From: a virus
Taxonomy: Duplodnaviria; Caudoviricetes
Virus record (IMG/VR): IMGVR_UViG_3300032030_000041
Location: 31,087 to 95,086 of that record
DNA length: 64,000 nt
Strand: one strand, 5' to 3'
In this document: piece after piece, positions 12,201 to 23,458 of the stretch
Layout of the letters: the number at the start of each line of letters is the position of its first letter
Position numbering within the stretch: the stretch's first letter is position 1
Notes under the pieces: model-generated
What the model saw: the letters and a program-made list of their open reading frames with translations, nothing else
Told to the model about the DNA's origin: nothing
Database searches by the model: none
Made by a program: the position numbers and the translations under genes

Positions 12201-14815
12201 GAACGCCTCCTGCCGGAGGTTTTGAATCTGGGGCAAACAAGGTTATTACAAACTCAATTAAGAAACCAGGTAAGGTGACAGGCAACATTGGTCTTGCCAA
12301 ATCCAAAGGAACTCTTATGGGCGAACTTGGCCCAGAACTTGTGGTCTCCAACGGACGTTATTTTGTCGCTGGACAAAATGGCGCGGAAATGGTTGATCTT
12401 GCAGATGATGCAATTGTTTTCAACCACTTACAGACCGAATAGCTTCTAAAGAAGGGGATGTCCAATAGTCGCGGTAAGGCTGTTACCTCTGAAAAGAATG
12501 CGGTTGCATTCGCAACTGGTAATACCGGTCCTGCAATGGCTAGTGCTTCCGCGGCATTAGCTGCTTTAAAACAACTACGCGCAATGTGGGAATCTCTTAA
12601 AGAGGCTTCAGTATCCGACCTCGCCGGTGGCGGCGGTGGTGGAGGAGGAGGCGGCGGCGGAGAAGATTCCAAAGTCGTTGATCCTTCTATTTGGGTTGAT
12701 ACAGTTGAGCGCTGGTATAACCTAATGCAGAAGATTGCTAAGCTTGAGAAAGAAATTACACACGAAGAAACCTTACGTTCTAAACTACAATCTGACTGGA
12801 ATGCGAATGGCAACCATTATTATGCTAGCTAGAAACGTTCTCTTGAAGCTTTAAAGCAATAGATTGATGCATAGGAACAACTTAACCTAAGTCGCGAAGC
12901 CTATTACGATCAGCGTGTTGAAGCGCTAAAGAACTAGCCTTTCGGCAAGCTTATTGAGTTTGATAACGAAGGTTAGATGCGCTTTAAATCTGGCGCGATG
13001 GAATGGCTAACTGATTTAGCTGGTTTTGATTCCTATGGAAAAGCCAACTATACTGACGAAGAGAAATATAATATACTCGTAGCCGCAGGTTATGAGGATT
13101 ATATGAAGTATAGTGAAGGCGGCGAAATTAAGATGGATAGCGACAGTAACGGTGAAGTTACTGATGAAGAAATGCAATCTTTCTATGGTGAAGCTACAAA
13201 AGCTTTCTGGGACAAGATTGACGAGTATAAGGAAGCCACCCAGAGTCTTTGGGATTCTATTAAAGAAGGCGAAGACAGTATTCTACAACTTCAAGCCGAT
13301 CAAAATGATTTACTTGAAGAAATTCGAGACAACCAGATGGAAGTTGAAGATGCTGTACTTAAAGCAATTGAAGATATGCGTCAGCGTGAAATTGATGCGT
13401 TACAGGATGAGCGCGATAAGTTAGAGGAATCTACTTAGAAATATATTGATGGACTAACAGATGCACTTAACAATGAGCGCTAGATGTATGAAAATCAATA
13501 GCAAGAAAATTCTCTCAATTAGCAAAGACGTCGTTTAGCTATTCTACAACGTTCTGGTGGTAGTGCGCAAGATATCGCAAATCTTCGTTCTGAAATTAAC
13601 CAGTCTGAAAGAGAAAGATATTTTAATTTACAGCAACAACAAATCGACGCTATTCAGTAGGCTTCTTAGCTAGAAATCGAACGTATGGATAGTCAGATTG
13701 AGTTAATGACTGAAGCGCTAGATTACTAGAAAGAATATGGCCTACTTTGGGGTAACGTATATGAAGTTATGGAAGGAACAGCGCAGCAGATTACTTCTTT
13801 CATTACGAACGGTAATTCTGAGTTCTGGGCATTATCACCATTAGGAACTGCTGATAACGCAAATCAAACTTTATTTAAGGCGGAATAGTGGACTTCTTAT
13901 AGAGCGGATTTAAATAATGCAAAAGCTGGTATTGGCGCGAATGGAGTAACTGCAAAAGATATTAGAGATAATGTCGCATTGATGGTTGCAATGACACGCC
14001 AGCAAATGAAGAGCAACGACTATGCTACCTTCGATGAAGCTATGAAAGCAGAATTTGGCGCTGGATATGACCCAAGCGGTGCATATCGTGACTTATTTAA
14101 TTCTGAATACGATAAGCACGGAGATCTTACAAAAGCTACTGCAACTGCGAGAGCAAAATATGCAGCTGATAAAGCTGCGGCTGAAGCCGCGAGAAAAGCA
14201 GCAGAAGCTGCGGCGACGCAGGCTAGTTCTGGTGGCGGCAGTGGAGACTCCGGCGGTGGAGGTGGTGGAGGAAGCTCTACCTGTAATACCGCTTGTAGTA
14301 ATTCGTGCGGTACAGAGTGTACTAAACGTTGCGCAGCAAATTGCGGTGGAGGATGCCAAATTCTTGCTGGTGGTTTTACAGTAGGCTTTAAAACTATAGT
14401 AGGTGATGCCACAAAAACCGCCGCTAAAGCTCCTACTCCATTAGCTCAGCCTAAAAAGAAATCTGTTGGCGGTTATGCTAACCACGGTATTTATGAGCTC
14501 GGTGAACTTGGTACAGAAACAGTCCTAACTGCTTCTCAAACCAAGATTCTCCGTGACAACATTCTCTCTAACCGTCCAAATTCTCTCATCTCTCTACTTA
14601 AATCTTATAACGAAGGTTATGATGGAATTAATAATTCCGTTAGTGGCGTAACTCCTGTTGAGGATAATTCCACCATTATCGAGAAAGTTGAACTCAAAAT
14701 GGAAGTTAAACAAATTGCTAATGATTATGATGCTCGTCGCGCAGGCGAACAAGCACTTAACGAAATGATGCGTATTGCCCGTAAGACTGGCGCTGCGAAC
14801 AGTATAAGGAGGTAA
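251..14815 (+). CDS. Giant tail tape measure protein, ~4854 aa when TAG=Gln
   Basis: RBS-like AAAGGGA/AAGGAG then ATG at 251. The main ORF-track fragments (512, 1400, 1889, 2267, 4838, 5807, 6218, 8720, 9596, 12458, 12977, 13979) share one frame and are broken by TAG; the gene ends with TAA at 14815. TP901-type TMP domain at ~1450-2400 (ELDTVM...GSAMKSIASRY...QRYIATQFAGNRQQSRFLAL), a GCHSPS motif and GELGPE/GELGTE motifs. The frame was spot-checked, not read codon by codon. Confidence 0.9.
4802..5107 (+). repeat. Three degenerate 102-nt (34-aa) tandem repeats within the tape measure gene
   Basis: AYGEEVSNKNVSPSPINK / SYIAAVRNNNASPSPINK / AYGEKVSNKDVPPPQLNK. GCATATGGAGAA occurs at 4823 and 5027, 204 nt apart. 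Confidence 0.8.
14282..14356 (+). repeat. Cys-X-X-X repeat block (7 Cys) near the tape measure C-terminus
   Basis: CNTA-CSNS-CGTE-CTKR-CAAN-CGGG-C following a poly-Gly/Ser linker. Confidence 0.9.
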
Positions 14816-14822
14816 AAGGAGT

Positions 14823-16715
14823 ATGGCAGATATTGCAACATTAATGGGTAATGAAGTGGAGTCTTAGACTCCATTTCGTACCCAAGTTTATAAGGCGACG
14901 CATGATGGGCAGCTTCGGCTGCCTTTCATGCAGCGCTCTTTTATTAGTTTTTCCTATGGTGGAAAAAACATTGAAGATTTTAATTTAATTGCATACACCA
15001 GCGGCGATAGGATGGAAAAAGCTGGATACGCAGATTTTGAAGACCTAACAACTACATATGACACAATTCAAGGACAATTCTATTGGGGAACATATTTTCA
15101 TGCCAATACATTAAGTTTTACTTTGGCAACAGATGGTATAACTGAAAACGAATTAGATGAATTTAAACACTGGTTTAGGGCCGGTTCAATTAGGGAATTG
15201 ATACTAGCCGAGCATCCCAATAGGGCAATCCTCGCGCGAGTATCAACACCGCCGCAATTACATCTTCTTGGATTTAAGCAAGAAGTAGAAGTGCCATTTC
15301 AAATCGGCAGTGATGAAAATATTCATGCTGTTTCCTACAAAACTTTTACTACTGTATATCGCGGCGAAATTGATTTAGAGCTTGTAATGGACGAGCCTTT
15401 CTGGTATTCTGTGCAGAATATCTTAGGGCATTAGAATACACTAGAAGGCTATTATGAAGAAAGCTGGATTGATGCTAATGGTCAATTGACTACTATTAAA
15501 GATTCTAAAGATGCACTTAAGATTATCTATGAAGATAGAATACCCTTAGGTAGTACTACTAAAATAGATGTATTCTTAGGTGGCGATATTTACGCATCTG
15601 TTAAATATGAAATATGGGCACGTATCGTGGGTGAAACTAGTAAAGACCTATATGATAGTGTAATGGAAGACGAAGCATCTTCAGATCAAATGAAATTTGC
15701 TTATTATACCGCAACAGAGGATCGTGAAACTTATGACCCTGAAACCGGCGAATCTTTAGGCCCAGCGCCGACTACTGTATATTATCGGGGCGGGCGCATT
15801 TACAATGATGAAACAAATCTTGGCGCGAAAATCGGTGGTGCAGAGTTAACAGGTTCTAGTGCGCCAGTACAAGGTATTGAATTGCCTTATGGCTCTAATG
15901 CAAATCTCTATTATGCTGGTACTGCGCCTTCTCCTGTAAAGTTGCGCTTTACTCTTAAACCGCAAATTAGGTAGCAAGACCCAACCGGCACTGGACAAGC
16001 TTTTTATATTATTACGCCACGTAATTCACATTCAGATGGTACGCCCGCATATAATACTATTACTTTGCGCGCGAGTGCCTTACATGAATTTAAGTTCACG
16101 CTACCGACTTTTTGGTTAAGTTACAATTAGGTTATTGAAATATTTGATAGCGATGAAATTATGGCGCCCGGTAATGCTTGGCTAACTGTACGCGAAACTA
16201 TACGTGATACAATACGTCATCCAGTAGTTCGTGCTTGGGCCAATATGCTTCTAGATAAATATGATACCTTAAATGGAAATGGTATCATTGGTGATGCGAA
16301 TCGGTATCGCGGCGATTTAGAAGAAGGTATGTCAATGCTTATATGTGATAAAACGGGTGAACCATTCTCTGCTGAATTTAGTTTTGATGCGAAAACCGGC
16401 CTTGCGATTGGAAAGTATACCTATCGTGATTTATAGCAGGCACGCGCGCAATTACCCAATATTGGCTCAACAAGTTCATGGCGTGAGTGTTTAAATTTAG
16501 TTGATGAAACAAATTATACTACTTCACAGGAAGAAAATGTTGGAGATATGGTGCGGAGTTAGTACCTAATATTAGATGAAAGAAATGTTTTAGATGGCAA
16601 TTATTAGGTACAAGCTTGGGAAGAAGCGCATCCAGATTATGCTTACTTAATTACTCACGATGTATCTAATGGCCTCTAGGACTTACATTTTGAATTTAAA
16701 AACTTGTATCTCTAA
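14823..16715 (+). CDS. Distal tail (Dit)-like protein, ~630 aa with TAG=Gln
   Basis: RBS AAAGGAG and ATG at 14823. Fragments 14928, 15486 and 16161 are in one frame. N-terminal FISFSYGG...EDFNL...LVMDEPFWYS and C-terminal FKNLYL-TAA fit Dit, as does its position directly after the TMP. Confidence 0.75.
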
Positions 16716-16737
16716 GGAGCAAAAGGAGGAATAAATC

Positions 16738-19700
16738 ATGGCTGATGGATTACTGCATTATTATAATACGAGAGTACGCAGCTATGAGGTTTCTATTTGG
16801 ACACTTTAGGACAGATTCTTATCTGTCCTAAAGTGGTCTACTATGGATTGTAAAGGGTAGATTTAGGATGGATCTGTGGTTATGCGTGACGACGGAACGC
16901 AAGAGCTTACATTTTCTATTCCTAAATATTATCAGAACGGAGCATCTCGTATTGATAATCCTATGTGGCTACACCTTGAAAATTAGCCGCTAGAAGCCAA
17001 TATGCATAAGCTGAAGATTATATTTAACAAGAACACAGAAGATGAGAAAGTACTTGAATTTTTAGTTACAGAAGTTACTCATGATCATTAGAGTGATAAT
17101 ATTGATATTAGCGTAAAAGCCGAAGGATTGGCTTTTCATGAGCTAGGAAAACTAGGATATAAAATTGCGTTATCTGAATAGAATTATTTAGATGCATTAG
17201 ATGAATGGGAAGAAGAAGGTTTCTTGACTGAGTAGCCACTCAATAATATTTAGTTTTGGAATGATTTAGTATTCAAGAAGTCTAATGGAGATTGGAAATA
17301 TAATTGGACATACGAGATTCGTATGGATTGGTCTTCATTCAAGAATCCGGACGTGTTTTAGGAAGCTTCATATAGAAAGAGTAATATTCTATATGAAGAT
17401 GACTATGTATCTTCTTGGGAAGTTGGCGCCGATGGCAAGCTAGTTTCGCGTACTATATAGAATATGCGCGAAAAGTGCCGCATTATGGATGTATCAGAGA
17501 GCAATATTTATAATATAACGCAAGATATCGCTAAGCAATTTGGCGTTTTTTGCCGCTACGAATACACTCATGATAATAATTATTAGATTATCGGACGAAA
17601 AGTAGTTTATTATAATAACTATCTCTAGGATGTATAGGGACATATTGATTTAACTTATCCCTACAATTCTACAGCAATTACACGTACTGTAGATAATAGT
17701 AATGTTACTACTAAGATGTTTGTAACTGGTGTAGATTATGATTCTGATACTGTTACAATTATGGATGTAGATGCTAATAAGAGCAAAGAAGACTACCTAC
17801 TTAATTTTGATTATCTACGACAGAATTAGGGCATTACGGATGAATAGTATGATGAGATAGGATATTATGAAGCCGATATGCACACCCTTAATACAAACTT
17901 AATTCAAATCCAAGAACGCATTCGCATTGTACAGAATCAATTGACAGAAGCAGAAGCACAATTAACTATACATGAAAATGCAATTGATTTAGATCGTGAG
18001 CGTATGGAAGAAGCAGGTAAACTGCGCGCAGAACTTACTGGTGGCACTAATGTCATTCCTATTAACGGAACAGCGTGTACTTTATTATATAAAGCTGAGC
18101 GTGGATTTTATATTAATATTCGTTGGAATGGTTTATTACGCAATACTGTTAAGATATATCGTACTACAAATTATACAGGTTCTGACCGTTCATTTGATGG
18201 GCTCATTACCTAGTATTCTTTTGTCGCAGATGAATTTTAGAATGTAATTCGTATTGAGCATATTGCGGGCGCAGGCTTAGAAGAAGGAAATACATTATGG
18301 CTAGTAGGACAGTATAATCCGACTTTAGCATATGATAATATAGAGAAGATTTGGAAAACTCGTTTAGCTTATGATTTGGCACAAAAAGAGCTACTTGAGG
18401 AACGTATTCGGATACTAAACTTCTATCTATATGGCTGCCGTTTAGGTTTTGCGCGTGTAGATATCTCTTCTTTGCCAGAAGAAGAGGTTGGCGCACTGGG
18501 TATTGTTTGGGATGAAGATACCGATCCGTCTGAAGTAGAAACAGTGACACGTAGTGTACGTGTAGATGAATCTCGTATCTTAAACTCTGAAGAAGAGTTT
18601 ATAGATTGGGATTATGATTACTTTGGCTTATTGGATGAAAAGAAAGGTACTCCCGAGTTATTATACAATGAAGCTCGTCATTTAGAGAATAAAGCACAGT
18701 TAATTAGTGATTTTGAGAAGATGATGGGTCCGGCACTGCGTGAAGGCTATTGGAATCCTGAGAACTATCATGACTATGGAGACCTATTTAAAAAGAGTTT
18801 TAGCTTAGTAACAGCCTTAAAGCCTACTGTATAGACCTTGCGTCCAGATTCCGAAGATCATTTTACATGTATTTGGGACTATGAAAAATATTATGACAGC
18901 GAGACTCCTTTGCTATATGATACAGAGATTGCAGATAAAGTAGAATAGCATTTAGTTATAAGCTTGAAGGATTTAACAGCAGAAGGGCAAGATAAATTAA
19001 TTAGTCATTTAGGAGAGATTTGTTTTGTTTACTGCAGTCCGGCAAATGTTTCTACTATTCGTGAATTAAAAGAAAAAGGCTACGAAGATACTAGTGAAGA
19101 AATTATTGCGTTAGAAAATAGTAAATATTATAGTTATCAAGTTAATTCTGGATGTGAATTAGGATGGATAGTTACAACTAATATAAATAGCGCTGGTAGA
19201 GCTTCTTTAGAATTAGCGCTCATCGTTACTGGCGCGAAAGAATTGGATGATGACACATATAATTTCTTAGTAACAAATAAGTATAAAGTATCTTATGTTG
19301 ACCCAGATACTGAGCGAATAGTTACTAATCTAGTAACTGCAGACGCAGAAGCTCGTAGTTTTATTGGTTATCCAATATATAATCAGGATGGCAGTGTTAC
19401 CTGGGAAAACATTCTCACTGTTGGTGGACAAGCAAGTAGATTTTTAGGCACACGAGAAGTTTCTAATGGTGATTATGATAATAATGGTAGCACACGGCCG
19501 CCGACTCCATAGGAATATCAATATAAACGTGTATATCCGCGTTTATATTTTGATACACTAAAATTAAAAGAAAAAGCTCTAGAGATTTTCTAGAACTCGT
19601 ATTAGCTTGAAGAAAATAAAGAATTTTACGTACTTGAAGATGATAGATCTGAGGGATTGAATATAAAAGGAATTGGCTATTACGTTACTTTAAAACCTGA

Positions 19701-22269
19701 GACAATTCTTATTACCACTAAATCTAAGGTGGATTATACTGTATTATACAGTCTTTCTAACTTAGATGTTTCCATTTATTTGGATGCTATTAAAGTTATG
19801 AAAGAAAATGCTTTCCCGAAGGTTTCGTATGAAGTAGAATTAAGCTTATTAAATCCGGAGTTCGTACATACTGCTTATAATAGGCTTAATTAGGTTGTAC
19901 ATATCAATGATAATGATTTAAAGTTAGAAAATATTAGTGGATACATCTCTACTATTACGATGGACTTAGACCATCCATGGCAAGATACCATCGAGATTAA
20001 GAACTATGAAACGAAATTTGAAGACCTATTTACTACAATTGTCGCGCAAACAGAAGCAATGAAAAGTAATTAGGTGGGATTAGAAACAGCGGTATAGGCA
20101 TTTACTGCTAATGGACTAATTGACCCAGAAGTAGTATATGATAGTATACGTAGTTCTAATTTGAATCTTGCTTTCAACGCAGGCACATTAACTATAGATT
20201 AGGCTGATGGTATCTGGGGTACTAGCGATAGCGGCGTTGTTGCATTTCGTGGCGGCGGTATTTTTACTGCTACGGAGCGAGATACTAGCGGCAATTGGAT
20301 TTGGAATACTGGTATTCTACCATCTGGAATCAATGCTAATTTAATTACATCAGGTTAGCTAGATACAAATAAGATTAGAATATTTGCTGGTGACCAGCTT
20401 AAATTCCAATGGAATGGAGAAGGTTTATATGCCTATAAATCATTTTCAAATGAATATCTAAAGTATCTATAGAGTTAGGATGTATCATTCGTTCCTCATT
20501 CCCAGTTATTAGATAAGAAACAATATGTTGTATATAACTCAGAAGGTTTATTCCTTACAAGTGAAGCTGGTTCTTATATTATGAAGGAGAATGTTGGCGG
20601 AGAAGGTTATATCTATGAACGCTTAGACGATACTGTACATCGTGTCGAAATAAGCTGGAATGGACTTATTTTGCGGAATTGGGAAGCAAAAAAAGTATTC
20701 TATGCTGACCCAGATACAGGTAATTTAACATTAAGCGGTCGTATTGAAACACGTAGCGGGCATATTGGCGGTTGGGAAATTAATGAACACATGCTTGCTG
20801 GCGCAGGTATTCAGCTAATTAGTGGATCTGAGACTAATACTGTTAATAATGCTGGTATATATTTAAATGATAATTAGGATTTGTGTGATACTGTCACTAT
20901 TAATGGTTCTACGTATTATACTTATTATTATACCGATCCAGCAGATTCGCGCAGAAAAACATGCTATTTGAATTATTATACGCCTGGCGTCGCCTCTATT
21001 ACTTTAAATGGTGGTTAGTAGGTTTATACATAGCAATCGGTAATAAAGACTGTATCACCAAAGTTTGTATTTGCCGTTTCTACATATGATACTGATATTG
21101 ATGCAACTAGTACGAATACATATACAGAAGCAACGGCAACAGTAACTAATAGTGATACAACATTATATTTTGCTAAAACTTCAGGCAGTAAAACGCCTGT
21201 TAAGGATTCGCGTGGAGTAGTTATCGAATATGATTTAACCAATAGCGCGAATGCGGGTTGGTATCAAGCTGCAAAACAGGCCGATCCTTCTAATTATACA
21301 AATTATATTAATGAAGTATATGGAATGGATTATGTTTTAACTACGCTTTCTTCTTCCGCATTAACTTTAACTCCTTCAGTTGTAACAACTACAACATTTA
21401 GTGTTAGAGCTTCTTCAGGAGAAGCAAAGATATTAGCGGGTACTATAGGAAACTTCACTATTAATCGTACTTCTTTAACTGGTGGTACAATTGCTAATAG
21501 CGTATTCAACATTGATAACTATTATATGGCCGGTTCGAAGAAACATGCTTTTGGTGATTGTTTCTGCGATATAGATGCTAATAGCTCACAAGGTATATTT
21601 ACATTGACCCGTGTGGATGGTAGAACTGCAAATTTTAATATTGCCGCGATGGAAGCCTATTAGAATGCCGTCGCGGCTGCGGGTTCTATTACTTTAACAC
21701 TAGTAGATAATTAGGATATGACTGTAACTGCGACTGCAGTGAGCGGTAATGGCACAGTTGTAACAAGGACTCTTACTGTAGATACATGTGGAGATACGTG
21801 TACTGGTACATGTAAAGGCAATTGTTCAACAAGTTGCACCGGGGATTGTGGTAGCGGATGTTCTGGCGGCTGCGGTGGTGGATGTTCTGGTGGCTGTGAG
21901 GATAACTGTGATACTGGATGTAAAGGCGGCTGTGGCCGCAGATGTGAAAGTAATTGCTCTGGAAAATGTGGTAAGAATTGTACTGGTGGATGTATTGGGT
22001 ATTGTAAGGGCGAATGTCTAGACTCCTGTCTAGGTGGTTGTAAAGGAACCTGTGTTAGTGGCTGTAGTAATTCATGTACTGGTACCTGTAGTACCACTTG
22101 TGATCTACATTGTAGTTCAGGTTGTGGTAATAATTGTATGGGTTCTTGTAAAGATGGATGTGGTAGCAGCTGTACTGGCGACTGTAAAGGTAGTTGTAAA
22201 CAAGGATGTAAAACTGGGTGCTTGAGTACATGTACAGGAAAAAGTACAAAAGTACTTATTGACGGTTAA
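16738..22269 (+). CDS. Large tail/baseplate hub (Tal-like) or host-specificity protein, ~1843 aa with TAG=Gln, C-terminal Cys-X-X-X repeat domain
   Basis: RBS AAGGAGGA and ATG at 16738. Fragments 17878, 18376, 18964, 19657, 20581, 21325 and 21718 share one frame. Contains WNTGILPSGINANLITSG and GHIGGWEI motifs typical of minor tail proteins; third gene of the TMP-Dit-Tal order. Confidence 0.8.
21787..22233 (+). repeat. 38 consecutive Cys-X-X-X units (12-nt period)
   Basis: CGDT CTGT CKGN CSTS ... CKTG CLST CTGK with no break in register; X is mostly G/S/T/K/D/N. Confidence 0.95.
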
Positions 22270-22274
22270 TTAAC

Positions 22275-22320
22275 AAAAAAATAGCCCGGACGTTTAATAA
22301 CGTCCGGGCCTTTATTTTTT
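22275..22320. terminator. Bidirectional intrinsic terminator between the convergent gene arms
   Basis: GCCCGGACGTT-taat-AACGTCCGGGC (22284-22309) with an A-run on the left and a T-run on the right. Confidence 0.85.
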
Positions 22321-22712
22321 TACTCATCTTCAAGATTTAAGAATGGCTCAAGGAATGTAATATCAGTAGGTGTAAAATCTAGTTGTTCAATATCAGAAAA
22401 CTTAATAGGATCGGCTTCCACGGTTGTTTCTTCTGCGACTAGCTTATTCATTTCTTCTACAAATAGCTTCATATGAGCTTCATCAAACTGATATTCGTTT
22501 TTTTCATTCAATTCAAATGAGCCATCTTCTTTCTTCTTAGCATATTTTTCTAGTAAGCTATTTCTTACTTCATTATATGATGTAAGAACTTCTTCTAGCC
22601 TCTTTAGAAGACGACCAATACGAAATGCTACGCGTCCAGGCAACGCTTGATTACTTAACTTCTGTAATACTTCTTGCCCTTCCAATATATCGCGTAAAGT
22701 TACTCTAATCAT
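22320..22712 (-). CDS. Conserved phage protein (DUF1617-like)
   Basis: MIRVTLRDILEG...AFRIGRLLKRLEE...LLEKYAKKKEDG; ATG overlaps the upstream TGA (ATGA). Confidence 0.6.
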   Translation of the reverse strand: MIRVTLRDILEGQEVLQKLSNQALPGRVAFRIGRLLKRLEEVLTSYNEVRNSLLEKYAKKKEDGSFELNEKNEYQFDEAHMKLFVEEMNKLVAEETTVEADPIKFSDIEQLDFTPTDITFLEPFLNLEDE

Positions 22713-23458
22713 ATATCTTCTCCCCAAGTACTGTGTACTTTAATTTTATTACAAAAATATTTTCCAATGCAAATAGCATCGGCTTCATCTTCGGTGCAGT
22801 CCATTTTGTACCAAATCTTTACTTTGGCTTGTGCCTATTTTTTCTTAGACTCTCGATGGGCGTCACCATCATTCACGCCGCAGTAAGAACGCCATTCGCT
22901 GGGATATACTAAATCATGGTCTATACAGGCTTCAAATAGAACATCTAAAATTACGCCCTGCAAGTTTGCTAATGTTTGGAATGTTTTAACTTGCGCCTAA
23001 GTTTCTCTTTGTCCATACTTCTATAGCTAAATATTTTCAACCCCAACAAAGTCTGGCTCCCATTCCTTTAATGCGGCTTTAAGCCAATTTTTCACTTGAT
23101 TTATGCGCTCAGTAGCTGGTAATGTAGCACTAGTTTTGAAAGTACCATATCCAACTAACGTTCTATTATCATAAATAGCATATCCTGTAGTTCCAGTAGC
23201 TGCATCAAGAGCAAGAATACGCGTTGTATTTTCACTCTTTTGCGGCACTTTATTTTTTTTAACTTTATATGGATCACCGGCCATACAGATATCACACATT
23301 TTATGTTTGCGCCAATATTCAAATGTTTGCGACTGTGCATGACCCTATGGACACTACATTTCCAAAGGTGTTTTTAAATTTTTATACTCTTCACTAATTA
23401 ATTTCCATCCTTCAGATTCTAATGCGTTCTATACCGTATATATATTAATTTTAGCCAT
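22709..23458 (-). CDS. RuvC-like Holliday junction resolvase with N-terminal zinc-binding domain, 249 aa, 7 in-frame TAG
   Basis: ILALDAATGTTGYA (first catalytic Asp), VGVENI(Q)L(Q), PSEWR, EDEADAICIG. N-terminal CP(Q)GH...CDIC. Start overlaps the dUTPase stop (TAATG) and the TGA overlaps the next ATG. Confidence 0.85.

Noticed and set aside
2026-14412. Minus-strand and alternate-frame ORFs inside the TMP (2026, 2404, 3337, 5365, 12358, 13113, 14020, 14055 etc.)
   Set aside because: Shadows of a long coding frame with biased codon usage; no motifs or RBS.
21711-22097. Pro/Gln/His-rich ORF on the - strand, and the Val-rich ORFs 21788 and 22034
   Set aside because: Antisense or alternate-frame shadows of the Cys-X-X-X repeat; no RBS.
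251-22269. Decayed prophage or pseudogenes, suggested by the fragmented ORFs
   Set aside because: The interruptions I checked are all TAG, with no frameshift or TAA/TGA; RBS, starts and ends are intact. Decay would not be codon-specific.
251-22269. TAG as pyrrolysine or as leaky suppression
   Set aside because: TAGs are too numerous, occur in tandem and fall at Gln-type positions; no pyl genes are seen.
16738-22269. Diversity-generating retroelement target at the tail protein C-terminus
   Set aside because: No template-repeat copy or reverse transcriptase in the window; variation among repeat units is not adenine-specific.
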